The notes below the pieces were generated by a model, which did no database searches, was not told the DNA's origin, and saw only the letters and a program-made list of their open reading frames with translations. Below, one piece after another: positions 13,651-26,999 of a stretch of DNA of 64,000 bases. The DNA is taken from NCBI RefSeq assembly GCF_009914755.1, contig NC_060942.1; one strand, 5' to 3'. This DNA comes from the human T2T-CHM13v2.0 reference genome, Homo sapiens. A program made the position numbers and the translations under genes. Position 1 is the first letter of the stretch, and every line of letters starts with the position of its first letter.

Positions 13651-13809
13651 TATGTTTGTGTGTGTGTGTGTGTGTACAGGGTAGTGGGTCATGTAGCTAA
13701 CTTTTCATCTGAGGTCTGGTTTCACATAAGCAGCCTGAGGTGGCTTGTGGCCAGGCTGGTGAGTCCTGGTGCTAGTCGGGTCCCAAAGGTACTATGACTG
13801 AAGTCTCCA

Positions 13810-14073
13810 TGGGGTTCTGTTAAACTGGGTCAACTTAGCTAAGCTGGGAGGATCTTTGCCATGTCAGCGTTCATCACAGGAGATATCTGAGGGCCTTGGA
13901 AGGGGTGAGTAAGGAGCAGGTCTGAGCAGGGCAGGTGCTGCTGCCACTCAAGTCCCAGGTGGCCCGCCTCAGGCCGCAGCAGCTCCAGCTTCCCGAAGGT
14001 CGTCCTTCAGCTTCGGCAAATCCTGCAGGTTGCCCGCATCACAGGCTGATGAGAGGCAGTGAGAGACGCTTGT
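13810..14073 (+). mobile_element. ERVL LTR fragment (MLT2-like)
   Basis: GTCAACTTAGCTAAGCTGGGA start resembles the MLT2F-like LTR at 30206. Confidence 0.45.
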
Positions 14074-14473
14074 TGATGTGGTTTGGATATTCATCCCCTC
14101 TAAATCTCACGTTGAGATGTACTCCCCTGTGTTTGGAGGTGGGGACTGGTGGGAGGTGTTCGGGTCGTGGGGGTGGATCCCTCATGGCTTGGTGCTGTCC
14201 TCACCACAGTGAGTGAGTTCTCTCAGAGATCTGGTTGTAAAAGTGTGTGGTGCCTCTCACCACTCTCCCTCTCTTGCTCTTGCTCTCACCATGTGACATG
14301 CCTGCTCCCCCTTCACCTTCTGCCATGAGTCAAAGCTCCCAGTGGCCTCCTTAGAAGCCGAGCAGTTGCTGGTGCCATGATTGGCAGAACTGTGAGCCAA
14401 TTAAACCTCTTTTCTTTATAAAATACCCAGTCTTGGGTATTTACTTATTGCAACTTATTGAACTGCCTAACAC
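14073..14473 (+). mobile_element. MaLR MST (MSTB-like) solo LTR
   Basis: TGATGTGGTTTGGATATT...CTAAATCTCACGTTG...GAACTGTGAGCCAATTAAACCTCTTTTCTTTATAAAATACCCAG. Confidence 0.9.
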
Positions 14474-15301
14474 GCATGCCTTCTTACGCTGTTGGTCTTC
14501 CCACTTCATGTTCATCGTGCTTTCCTGAGGGCTGGCCTTGCTGAATCCCACCGAGCACCAGATTGGAGGTACCAGACCCACACAGACACCTCATTCCACT
14601 CCCATGAGGGAGGAAGGGCCATTCTCTGCAATAGATCCCTACTCGACACCACTTGAAGTGGTTCTGCAGCCTGGAGTGAGCCCTGGCTGAAACACACTTC
14701 AGCTGTTTCTGAGAAGCAGGATGGTCTGCTCTCCTCTCTCCTAGGGATGAGGCACAGGAGGGCAGGCTCTGGCACAGGAGGCTGGAGGGCAGGCTCTGCG
14801 ATGTGGGGAAGTAAGACATAGCTGTGGTGGTCTCTGAACCGTGCGTGCAGTAACAGGAAGATTGTGGGCACAGGTCTCCTTTGCAGGATTTTAGAAATAG
14901 GCAGGCTCTGCTCTTTCTCCAAGAGTCACATTGCTGTAAGGCAGAGGAATAAAACCACTTCTCGGCAGCTCCTGATGGGACACAGCCATGGCCATGGAGC
15001 AAGGTGATGAACGAGGCAGAAGCGCCCAGCTGAAGCCCTAGCGCCATCCACCTCCCACTGCAAGCATGTTGACCTTTGACAGCTGGCTTTATCTCTACTG
15101 CACAGTGAAGGATCATATTACAGAAATAGCAATGCCTATGCCACTTGGCTGTTTGGATGATGAAACAACATGATTTTTGCTTAAGTGCCATGTAATCCAC
15201 ACAGTGTTACACACATGTTATTTCTATTCATGTGGCTATTAAAACAGTTAAGCTTTGGATTTGCTCTTGTCTGTTTCCAAGAACACTGCAGAGGGAGAGA
15301 A

Positions 15302-16079
15302 ATCAGTGAGTTGAAAATCAAACCACTCTCAAAACAGCTCAAGAAAGCAACCACTTTGTCTTCTACTATTTGGTGGTGGTGCATGCATGCTTCTGTCTCC
15401 TTCCCAGCCAGGCCATGCCCGGATGAAACTGCAGCAACAGGAACCTGCAGAAATCTGCAGGCAGGGATGACATAAAATAGATCCGTGTGTCCGCAGCAGA
15501 GAGCTTCTCCACCTTAGAGTCAAAGAAACTACTTTCTCCCAACCCAGTGCCATGGGAAAAAGAATGGGATTTGTTATTTTTAAATCTTTTAAAAGATTTA
15601 AAAACCAAATTCAACTGGGATCCTGCATGGGAATTTCTACTAGGATATATTTCTTGAAGACTTGTTGTCATTGCATTACCGTTTCAAAACAGAATAGTTC
15701 ATAAACATCTCCTGTGCAGCATTGAACCCTTCTCATTTTAGAGGTGTCCTGGGAAAAGTTTGACATTTAACAGGGAGGGCTGTGATTTGAAGTCTTTAGG
15801 TCAGCACCCCAGAGCATGGAATTTTTTTGGTGACTGTATTTTCAGACAGGTCTAGTAAAAATCATTCTTATTTTTAAATGTCCTCTGTCTGTGGCGGGAG
15901 CCTTGTCTTTCAGAGTAGGCACAGTGATGTCTAGCTGTCACCATGGTCACAGTTTCATCCAGGCATGGGCTGGCTGGGAAGGAGACAGAAGCATGCATGC
16001 ACCACCACCGAATAGTAGAAGACAAAGTGATTGCTTTCTTGAGCTGTTTTGAGAGTGGTTTGATTTTCAACTCACTGAT
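15302..16079. repeat. Inverted repeat of unique DNA: arms 15302-15431 and 15950-16079
   Basis: Arms are reverse complements over 130 bp with 4 mismatches; spacer 518 bp. The ORF track shows near-identical peptides on opposite strands. Confidence 0.97.
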
Positions 16080-16177
16080 GAGCTGGTTTGCAAAATGCTG
16101 AGAGCAGGGGAGACAGACAGAGAGCAGAGAGAGCACAGGTTAGGGTGATGGCTCCAAAGGCTGTGGGAGAGTGGGAT

Positions 16178-16670
16178 TGTTACTGAAACACCAGGGGTTT
16201 GGTCTAGGTCCTGTTGCTTGCCACACAGAAAGCCAATCACTGAGACAAGTATTGCCGGGGAAGGCAGCTTTATTCAGATGGTACAGTCAAGGAGATGGGA
16301 GATCAGTCTCAAATCCATCTCCTAAACTGACTAAAATTAAGAGTTTACATAGCGGGGAAGAAACGTAACTACTTATGGGAAAACAGGAATTAGGGAGGGG
16401 TAAGGAAGAGGAGTTAGTCAACAGGCAGCAGGTGGTGGGTTATGCAATCATGATGGGTGAGGGGTCTGGTGTCTCATTGTCCTGATGCTGTGATCTGGAA
16501 AGTTTCAGTTCCTTGAAACTATCTGTGAGCGCTGATGGTTGCTTTCCTGAGAAAGGAACTCAGATAAGACAAATGTAACTTTCTAGTTTTAAAACTAGAA
16601 GGACCAATTTCTATGCTTATTCAAAAGAAACCATAAACATCAGTTCTATGGAACAACTGGGCTGGTTTCA
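16178..16670 (-). mobile_element. ERV1 solo LTR (LOR1-like)
   Basis: TG...CA termini, 4-bp TSD GGAT (16174-16177 / 16671-16674); minus strand begins TGAAACCAGCCCAGTTGTTCCATAGAACTGATG. Confidence 0.85.
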
Positions 16671-16929
16671 GGATTAGGGGATGGGGCCCTGTGGGTGCTC
16701 CCTGGAGGGGTGAGGTCATCAGGTGAGGGAGGCTGCTGGCACAGACCTATGCTGTGTGTGTACTCCAGCACCCACCCTCTCAGGACATCCTGAGCCCAGG
16801 CATGGCTACAGCTGCTCCTCCCAACGGGGGTGGGACCCTCTCCTAACTCTGGCTGGGGGTCAGGCAGGTGGACTGATGCCCTCGGAATGGGACATGGCTG
16901 CAGAGGAAGCACATTTTCCCTTTCAGTTC

Positions 16930-17310
16930 AGAGCTATCCGAATGGAGAGTTCTTCAGGGATGTCACAGTCCTGGTAAACTCTGAGGCAGGACTCTAAAGA
17001 CCCCAATATTTTGCTTAGTATCCTCAGTGTAGCTGAGCCCTGATTGGTTAATACAACTGAGCCCTGATTGGTTGATACAGCTGAGCCCTGATTGGCCAAG
17101 GCAGCTGAGCTCTTGGCCAATGATTGGTTGGTTCAGGTGAGCTCTGGTGTCCCAAAGTTGAACAGAGGTGTTGGTTTTGGGGACCTCCAGAGTATGTGTG
17201 TGACTCCTCATCAGCAAATAGCTGCATGTCTCTATTTTATATTTAGGCCCAGTCAGCCACTTTGGATCCACCTTCAAGGACTGGCTCTTTCAGGTTCACA
17301 TTTGTTAGCA
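16930..17310 (-). mobile_element. ERV1-type LTR fragment with tandem CCAAT boxes (MER66-like, tentative)
   Basis: Minus strand starts TGCTAACAAATGTGAACCTGAAAAGAGCC; 3-4 tandem ~21-bp units GCTGAGCCCTGATTGG at 17031-17130. Confidence 0.6.
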
Positions 17311-17344
17311 CCATTTTAAAAATTGGTTCACAAGCTCAGTGTAA

Positions 17345-17995
17345 GGGGTCAACCCATGGCAGCCACTAACCTTTTTACTGTATCCATAGATTTGCCTTTT
17401 TCAGAATGTCATATCATTGGAATCATATAGCATGTAACCTTTTCAGATTGGCTTATTTCACTTACCAATATGCATTTAAGTTTCCTCCACATCTTTTCAT
17501 GGCTTGATAGGGCATTTCTTTCTAGTGCTGAATAATATTCCATTATCTGGCTGTACTACAGTTTATTTATCCATTCACCTACTGAAGGACATCTTGTTTG
17601 CTTCCAAGTTGTGGCAATAATGAATAAAGCTGCTCTAAACATCTGCGTACAAGTTTCTGTGTGAACATATGTTTTCAACTGTTTTGGGTAAATACCAAGG
17701 TGCACATTGCTGGATCGTATGGTAAGACTGTTTAGTTTCATAAGAAAGCACCAAGCTGTCTTCCAAAGTGGCTATACCCTTTTGCATTCCCACCAGCAAT
17801 GGAAGACAGTTCTTGTTGCTCCACATCCTTGTCAGCATTTGGTGTTGTCGTGTTCTAGACGTTGACCATTCTAATAGGTGTGCAGTGGGATCTCACTGCT
17901 GTGTTAATTTGCATTTCCTGATGACATGTGATGTGGAGGATGTGCTTATTTGCCATCTGCATCTCTTCTTTCATGAGGTGTCTCTTCTTGAATGT
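17345..17995 (-). mobile_element. L1M (L1MB/MC) 3' fragment
   Basis: AGTTTATTTATCCATTCACCTACTGAAGGACATCTTG...; minus ORF HLGIYPKQLKTYVHTETCTQMF matches the L1 ORF2 C-terminus. Confidence 0.9.
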
Positions 17996-20900
17996 TTTTA
18001 ACTCCGGAAAGAAAATTAGTACACCATGAAATTCTTTTCTTTTTCTCCAAAACAAAAAACGACCAAAGTAAAAAAAAAAAAAAAAAAACAAGCAGACCAA
18101 AACATGACACTCCTTTAGCCCAGCTCATTATACTCACTCCTAAATACAGAACAGAATATCTGGGAAGGGCTGGGTAGGAGAGGTACCTGGGGGCCTGTGA
18201 ACGTTGTTTTGCCCCTTTCCTGTGAAACTAAATCTCTCCCAGAGCCCATAGGGAATGAGGAGAGGGGAAGAAAGTTCTGATTTTGGCTTTTTGCATGGGA
18301 GCTGGACAAAATCCTGCCAAGGGCCACTTCATCTAAGGATGCTTCTTAAAGGAGAATTTGGTTCTAGGACTAGTGGCCACTAGGAACAGGTTGATAAGGC
18401 ACAGGAATAGAATGGTCAGATATGGATTATCTCACAGTCATTGAGGACTTACTACATGCTCAGCATGTTGGTAAATGCTTCTCATTGGATTCTCACTGCA
18501 ACCCCCACATAGTAGGCACTGTTATTTCTCTCTTTCTTGCCACGTGGGCTGGTACATGTTGAATTTAGATGGAGCGGAGCCTGGTATTTGGCCTTGCTTA
18601 CAGTCTCCTGGTCTAGGTCGCTCAGACTTGAACAATATGAGCGAACAGGTTCTTGTTTGGAAGGCGTGGCTTTAAGACTACCCAAGGCTTGTGGCTCTTA
18701 AAGAATATAAAGTGAAATGACAAGACAGCATCCCATGCAAGGCAGGCAGCTACTACACAGCTGAATAAATTGCCAGGTTGTATGCGTAGTGGAACCCTTG
18801 AGAAAATCCCATCACCATCCTCACATCTGATAATTGAGTCATATTTGCAGAGATGGTAGCTCACTTTGAAGTGGCTTTGCCATCAGGTTCCTGGGTGGAT
18901 AAAATTGTATCAGAAGATGAGTCAGCATTCTTCCTCTCCTCTAGTGAAAACAGAAACAGCGAACTCTTAAATCTCTGTTCATTCCTTCTTTCCCAGGCTG
19001 GGGGAGAAGGTGGAAGCTTCCTTTAGTCTTACCATGTGATGTGATCTGCTGTGACATCTGGCAGTGCCTGCAGTAAAAGAAACAGCTGGGAATGGTCATG
19101 TCCTGTTTTCTGGATGATATAATGCAGGCTAGAAGTCTATGTCCATCAACTATCAGTCACCGCCTCTGAGACACTGCACGTGCAACTAATTAGCTAGACC
19201 AAGAAGTCTCCAAAGACCTGGATTCAGAAACCAAACTCCCCTTGATTACGTGGGCCATATTCCTGGTGGCTGGACTTCATTAACCTTGGCTGTGTTCAGC
19301 TATGGAGGCCTCTGATCGAGTCAAGATATTTTGCTGCCTAGTTGTTGCTGATTTGATTCAGGTTTTTATTACTTTACAAAGGCAATGCTTATCCCTGTGG
19401 GTGATAAGAAACCAACAAGGCCCAAGCTGCCAGCATTGGTTTCCCCTGCCTCTAAACCAGCATGCTCTATTTGGGTGTTTATTACGGGACTTTGGACTGC
19501 AGATGGAATTGCAAGTGCTCCCTGCTCAGGGAACTTGCCCTCAGAGGGAGAATGCAGGCCTGCATAAACCCCAGGAGATCCATTGAGGAGACACCTAAAG
19601 CAAGTCCAGTGATGGTGTGACAGGATGATGCTGTGATGCTCATGGTGAGACGGTGGGGCAAGGGCCCCAGGCAAGTGAGAAGGCCCACTGAAGGCCTCGC
19701 TTTCCACTGCTCTCCCTCCTGCTTTTCAGCAGCCTCTTCTCAGCTTGCCTGGGTCTCTCTTTTCTTCTGCTTTTTCTGCTGTGCTCTTTCTCTAACTTTC
19801 CTGGCCCGTGATTTCTGTGTACTCTTTTCTCCTTCTCCAGGCAGAACTTGTGGTGTGCCACCCTCTGGGAGGCACAGGACCTGTCTGATGTGGCTCCTGT
19901 ACTCGGGATGGCCAGCTGCCCTCTTCCCGCCTGTGGGCAGGTCCTTCCGCAGCCAGCCGGAGAGGGCATTCTCAGGCCCTGTCACTTCTTTGTAACTCAT
20001 GATCAAACAGGTTCTGTGAGGATTAGGGAGGCACCCAGCTTTGTGTTATAATTACTAATCCTTTGTTTTCGTAACATTGGGAGAATGTTTTTTTGTTTGT
20101 CTAGATGGTTGATTCTAAATAGCTGCAGAGCTCGTGGCAGTAAGGTTAAATGTCACTCATGACTCATTGGTGCCCCGTGTGTCTGCAGGTGTCAGTCACT
20201 GCTGTTTGAAAAGCTGGGGTCCCGCAGTGCTCGGCTGTCCTCAGCTCTGGCCACTGTGATAATGACCTGGTGAGATTTGGAAATTACCGATGGCTGGTCC
20301 CACCCCCAAGTTTGATTTAATTGGTTTGGATGATGGCCTGGGCATCAAGATTTTAGAAATCCCTCCTGGTGCTTCTTACAATGACGAAGGAAGCCAGTGC
20401 TCAGACTCTATGAAATCAGCGAAGGCTGGAGGCCAGGAAGAGCCAGGGGCCCGAGGCAGCAGCATGAGTTCACATTCCCTTCAGCTGCACTGTTCTCTCA
20501 GATGGTCTCACAGTCTTGCTTCCCCAGGAGATGGAAACCTTACTCTTCCTCCCTCATTTATTCACTCAGCAAACATAGGTAGAGCCCTTAATAAGTGTCA
20601 GGCATTAGGGAGACCCATGGAGGGGACACAGAGGCTGTTTTCACAAGACTTACAGGGTGGCATGGGAATGCAGCTTTGTAAACAGGTGATTTCAGCACCC
20701 ACCGTGAGTCTCAATAGAGACCATGAATCTGCACAGGGCAAGGAAGCGCTCACTCAGCATACGTATGTTAGGGGCAAGTTATAGAATGGTTTTTAGAGTT
20801 ACAATCCTTATTTAATGGTGAAGAGAGTTGAGGGGTTTGGACCAAGTTGTGTGCTCTTGGTTACCAAGGTGAAAGAGCGACAAGGCGTTTGTTCACCCGA

Positions 20901-21044
20901 GCTCTATCCCCATATGGGTTTGAATCTGCTTCTCCGTCACAGCTAAGGAAGTGTCCTACCATTTGCATTCTGAGAGGTAAGATAATACCTAGAGAATGAA
21001 AGCATTTCCAGCTGCTGCCCCCATGGATCTGACCCTTAGTACCC

Positions 21045-21242
21045 ACGCGTGTGCTGTGGTCATGGCTACTGAACGTGACCAGCAGTGTCAGGATCACCTG
21101 GGAGCTTGTCGAAAATGTAAATTCTGAGGCCCTCACCTGAGACTTACTAAATTGGAATCTCTGGGGGTGGGCCTGGGGATCTGTGTCTGATGAACTCTTG
21201 AGGTGATTCTCATGCCTGTTAATGTTTGAGAAGCCCCACTGG
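21045..21242. mobile_element. MER5A hAT MITE
   Basis: CAGGATCACCTGGGAGCTTG...GAATCTCTGGGGGTGGGCCTGGGGATCTGTG...GTTTGAGAAGCCCCACTG. Confidence 0.8.
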
Positions 21243-21261
21243 AGGTCACTGGGTCAGCTCC

Positions 21262-21716
21262 TGATAGGTGGATGCAGGAGGTTGCTCTGTTATTCCCAAT
21301 TTTCCACCCACTTTAAATCCATACCCTTTGCCATGTGACTCTGTAGTTCCTCCGACCAGAATAGAAGTATCTGCCCCTTTTCTGACAGTGCTGGGCTGAC
21401 AGGTGGACTGTGGGAGAAGGGGATAGTGTCCTGCTGATGTTGAGCCTAGACCTTAGGAGACATTGGATGTCTCTGCTTGCCCCTCCAGGAGCTTCCAACT
21501 TCTGCATGGAAAAAAAAATGCTGCAGGTAACTGCTGTCTCTTTCCCCTGTGCCCCAGAATGAACGCATGTGGAGCAGAGCCTCCCAGCTGACCTGTAGAC
21601 CTATAGCCCAGAGCAGAACTTCCCTAGCTGACCTGAAGATCTTTAGGCATGAGAATAAATGCATGGTACTGTTTGCCACTGGCATGGTTTGTTACGCAGC
21701 AATAGCTGACTGACCC
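21262..21716 (+). mobile_element. MaLR LTR (MLT1G/H-like)
   Basis: CCATACCCTTTGCCATGTGACT...GAGAATAAATGCATGG...GTTTGTTACGCAGCAATAGCTGACTGA. Confidence 0.75.
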
Positions 21717-22231
21717 AGTGGTAGGGACAGGGACAGGTTTTGTAGGCCTAGACAGACAAGAGCAGTGCCCAGGTGTAAGGCTATTGGCATCAGGAAGTCA
21801 GGCCAGCAGCCTAGGTTCGATAATCAGAGACTCTATGTAGTGTGGCCCTTTACCTTGGCCTCCTGAGTCCTCAGCAGCTGGTCCTAAGCTCTATGCCTGA
21901 TTCTCTTGGTATTACCTGTTCAGATCCCTGGGAGAATTTGATTAACGATGCCATAGATCACAGAAGCCACGTTATCTCTCACTTGAATTATTGCAAGCAC
22001 CAAATAAGAACAATGGCTACTAGGTGAACTGATAGCTTAATGGTTTGAGGAATTAAACAAGTTGGCCACAATAACCATTCCAGTTTCTACCTGGTGGAAG
22101 ACTTTGTCAGTGGAGCCAGAAAAACGCCTGGAGCTAAGGTGCTTCTCTGAGGACAGGTCTTGGCTAGGTAGTGGCTGCCTCTGCTTTTGGAACGCTCCTT
22201 CCCCTGTGCTTTCAGGGCTGGCTTGTTGAAG

Positions 22232-22620
22232 CAGTCAGGATAGGGTAGGCTCTGCTGCTGTAAAAAACTGTGACATCTCAGTGATTACCAGAAACAAATT
22301 TATTCCTTGCTTGTACCACAATCCAAGGTGAGTCAGGTATCTCTCTTAGTGGCTCTTCTCCAGGGATGATTCAGAGACCCACGATGCTTCCAGCTTCCAC
22401 TCTGCCATCTGAGCGTTCTCTAATCTCAGCTGCACAGATGAGAGTGTGGGGAGCATGCCCCTGGCTGTACTGCCCTGGCCAGGGATAGCATCACTCCTGC
22501 AGAGTGTGCAGGAAGAGGACTCAAGCATAGGGTCCACAACCAGCTTTAAGGCAGCAAAGAAAGGTGTTTTTCTGTGTTTCTGGGAAGAGGAAGCAGTGTG
22601 GGGAACAGAACATTGCTTCT
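22232..22620 (-). mobile_element. MaLR LTR (MLT1J/K-like)
   Basis: AGTCAGGATAGGGTAGGCTCTGCTGCTGTAAAAAAC...ATCTCAGTG...TTTATTCCTTGCT is the typical reverse of old MLT1 3' ends. Confidence 0.6.
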
Positions 22621-24701
22621 GTTATTCCTGTATTTAAGGTAACATTGTTTCTCTTCTATGGGTTCACTAGACATTTATTTCACCCTTTAGCTCTTAGAGG
22701 GCAACATTATTTCCAATAAGGTAAGTAATAACCACCAACGGACTCTAGAGATAAATAAAAACTGGGCTTGATGAAGGAGTAAGGAGTGGAACCCGACAGT
22801 TCCTTGCAATGACAAACCCTGGAGGGAAGAACACTGAGTGAGAAATATTTGTGGATAGGCACAGATTTGTATGCAAATCATTGAGATTATTTTTGCTAAA
22901 TATATTAGAATTTTGAGTTAAATGGCAGGAAAGAGGCCCAGTGTGGCTCATCTGTGTTAGCAGTTTGCATTGCCTTATGAGTCTCTTCATCTTGGCATTT
23001 CAGATTGTTACATGTTGAAGGAGACTTAGAAATTATTAAATCGAAATCATTTCATGCTAAATGCAGGGAACCGAGGTGCAGTGTAGTGGAATACAGCGAG
23101 CCTGCAAAGCAGGGTGCCAGGTCGCCTGACCACCAGTCCAGTGCCCTCTTCACCACCTGCTCCGTGCAAGGAGGGTTCCTGCCAATCATGTCCCAGGGCA
23201 TTGGTGAACCTGAGGGCTTGTGCTTTCTTCTGATTTTGAGTCATTGGATGCAAGCAAACCTAAGAGAAGTGGGTGGTGGTGTTTGATGCCTCCTCACGGC
23301 ACCCCCCAACAACTGCCACATTAGAAAACTCTTCTGAGCCTGCCGTGTGGCCCTGGTGGAAGCAACATGAAAGCTTCTAATAACAGCCTTGGGGAAAAGC
23401 ACTCTGCCAAGGTGTCTTTGTGTCCTTTTTGGGGCGTTTGATGAGCTTCCTTTGCTTTACATATAGCTTTCCAGGAAGAGGCAGATGCGCTTCTCACCAC
23501 AGAGCTATTAATACCCCAAGCCAAGCACTTAAAGGAAAACATCAACCAAGTGTTTAGCCATGTAGTTGGGCGGGGGTTGAAAGAGACAGAAGGAGGGAGA
23601 GAGCAAGAACAGGTGCAGGGGTTCATTTCAATGAAGGAAAATACAACAGGAAAGGAATCCAGTGCTGCTCTGTTGTGTTTCTAAAGTTCACATGAATTGA
23701 ATTTTCTGTGGCCCACCAGGTGATATTAAACGTAGCTTTCTTGGATTAGATAATAATTAGGAAGCGTGTTGGTAATAATTAGCAGCAATTTGCCAATCAC
23801 TAGGGGCCAGCTGGCCCTAGCTCCCTGCTGCTAATTCGGCAGAGTGGCCGTCCGCTCTAAGCAGGCCTTTAAGGCAAGGTGCTGTTTTAGGAAGACAGTC
23901 GGGGACAATTCCACAGTGGAAAATCTCTGGTTCTATGAGCATCCAAGGTTGAAATAAGTGTAGGCTTATTTCATTTGGGAAGCTTAATTAAAAAGTAAAA
24001 AATGTCCTTTCTTCTACAACTGGAAACTTTAACATGAGGAAGAAAAGGGGCTTCTTTCTTCTTCCCTCTTCTTCTTCCTTCTCCTTCTTTTAAAGATAGT
24101 AAGGAAAACTACCACTGTTTCAGGTTTGGAAGCTAGTCTTTGGTTTTATACTAAATGAAACCTGTTAACAGAGCAGATGAGTGTATTTTAAATGGAATCT
24201 GTTAAACCAACATAGTAGACACATCCCTTATTTTCGCATGTGTTTGGGTTTGAAGTCCATGAAGCTGGGCAGGGGGGTGATGTGCGAACATTGGGAGAGG
24301 TCAGGAATTCAGCTGCTGGGGAAGAGGCTGAGCCACAGGAAGCTTAGATACACGTGTGTGTACTGTGAGCTGGAGCCAGTAAGGGTTCAGAGCTGGGGAG
24401 TGGGGACTGCAAAGAATGCAGATGGGGCCTGGCCCACCCTCCAGGGTACATCCACATTTCTGAGAAACGCTATGCCAGGGGAACATTAAGAGTGAGGGGG
24501 CTATGTTTTCAGAGGTTACTTCAGACCTTGGGTATGTGGGGAGGTGAGGCAACAAAGACTGAGAGATGTCAGCCAATGAAAAAGTGTAGTCACCTCTCAG
24601 AAATACACCCCCTGCAGTATTTTAGAGACAATGTAGAATAGATGCCCAAAGTAAAGATAATCCCAGAGTGGAGTATATTCAGGCTGAGCAATACCATGTA
24701 G

Positions 24702-25553
<852 letters not shown>

Positions 25554-25606
25554 GCTTATGGGACCTAACTCTGACTATGTGAATGCAATGTCCTGTGTTT
25601 TTTTAA

Positions 25607-25907
25607 AAGTAATTTGTATTTATTTTAGTTGAAAAATAAAGATTATATCTATTTATTGTGTATGACATTTTAAAATATGCATACATTGTGGGATGGCTAA
25701 ATTGAGCTAATTAACATGTGCATTATCTCACATAATCTTTTTTGTGGTGAGAACACTTAAAATCTACTCTCAGCAATTTTTAAGAATACAATACCAAGTT
25801 ATTAACTATAGTCACCATGTTATACAACAGATTGCTTGAACTCATTCCTCCTGTCTAACTGAAACTTTGTTTCATTTCGCCAACATCTCCCTCTCTTACT
25901 TCCTACT
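25607..25907 (-). mobile_element. L1MA 3'-end, short 5'-truncated insertion
   Basis: L1MA 3' UTR (TTAACTATAGTCACCATG, GAGAACACTTAAAATCTACTCTCAGCAATTTT); ~21-bp TSD CAATG(T/C)CCTGTGTTTTTTTAA (25586-25606 / 25908-25928). Confidence 0.9.
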
Positions 25908-26251
25908 CAATGCCCTGTGTTTTTTTAAGGCAAGAAGTTTGGGTAGTGACTGTATATTCTGCAAAATCCCTGTGGACTAGACAGGTGAAGGCCAGTGTTG
26001 ATTGGGAGCCTGAGATTAGGAGGGCAGAGACCTCCGTTCCCCTTGGATCCAGGTTGGATGGAAAGTATCAGATGTCAGGCAGATCACTGGTTTACAGCCA
26101 GCAAAATTACCTGGGGAGCTTTAGAAAGTACTGATGCTTGGATTCCATTCCAGCAAAACTAAATCAGCATCCCAGCAGGTGGGAGGGGGGCCCAAGCATC
26201 ATGGGTCTTAAGAGAGCTGCCCAGTAAGGCTTGAGAAATACCCTTAGAGGG

Positions 26252-26684
26252 CTCAGGGGGATGGACAGTGTCTCCCCCGCCCCAAATTCATGTTCACCCA
26301 GAACCTGAGGACGTGGCCCTATTTGGAATAGGGTCCGTGAAGATGTGATGAAAGACAAGTTCATACTGGAGCAGAGTGGGCCCCAAGTCCAGGGACTGCT
26401 GTCCTTCTAAGAAGAGCAGAGGACACAGATGTGCACGGAGAAGAAGGCCGAGTGAGGATGGAGGGCGAAGGGTGGGAGCTACGGGGCCACAAGCCACAGG
26501 ACAGCTGAGGCCACTGCAGGCTGAAGAGGTGAGGAAGGATCTCTCCCAAGCCTTCAACAGGAGCAGGGCCCTGCAGACACCTTGATTTCAACTTCCAGCC
26601 TCCAGAAAGGTGAGAGATGTCATTTCTGTGGTTTCAAGCCAGCCTGTTGTGGCATTTATTACAGCAGCCCTGGGAAACTGAAAT
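26252..26684 (+). mobile_element. MaLR LTR (MLT1B/C-like)
   Basis: CCCAAATTCATGTTCACCCAGAACCT...TATTTGGAATAGGGTC...CACCTTGATTTCAACTTCCAGCCTCCAGAA. Confidence 0.85.
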
Positions 26685-26999
26685 GAGCAGTTTCCAATCC
26701 CTGACTATGGCCTTTCCCGAAGGGGCAAACAGATTTGTATCCAAAGACCCTCATCAAGGGCTCCCATTCTCACAGGAGGGGAGCAGAGTTCAGGCAACAG
26801 AGACTGAGATTCCCACAGTGAGGGGCACTCCAGGGGTGGTAAGGCTGCATGGATGTCTAATGAAAGATGTCCTAGTGGAAAGCGGAGACTTAGGGTCTAG
26901 TGGTGTGAGGAGTGTGACTACCGTTGGCCTCTCAGAGCAGACACAGGCACAGGCATAACTGCTCACGTGCAGTGAGGCTGACCCCGCAGAGTACGGCTC

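Noticed and set aside
14484-15200. 238-aa minus-strand ORF
   Set aside because: Cys/Ser-rich random composition, no recognisable domain, no consistent exon structure
19370-20010. Lys/Arg/Glu-rich minus-strand ORFs (KSRARKVRERAQQKKQKK)
   Set aside because: A purine-rich run followed by AATAAA and a CA-like end fits an ancient LTR/low-complexity remnant better than an exon; no consistent donor
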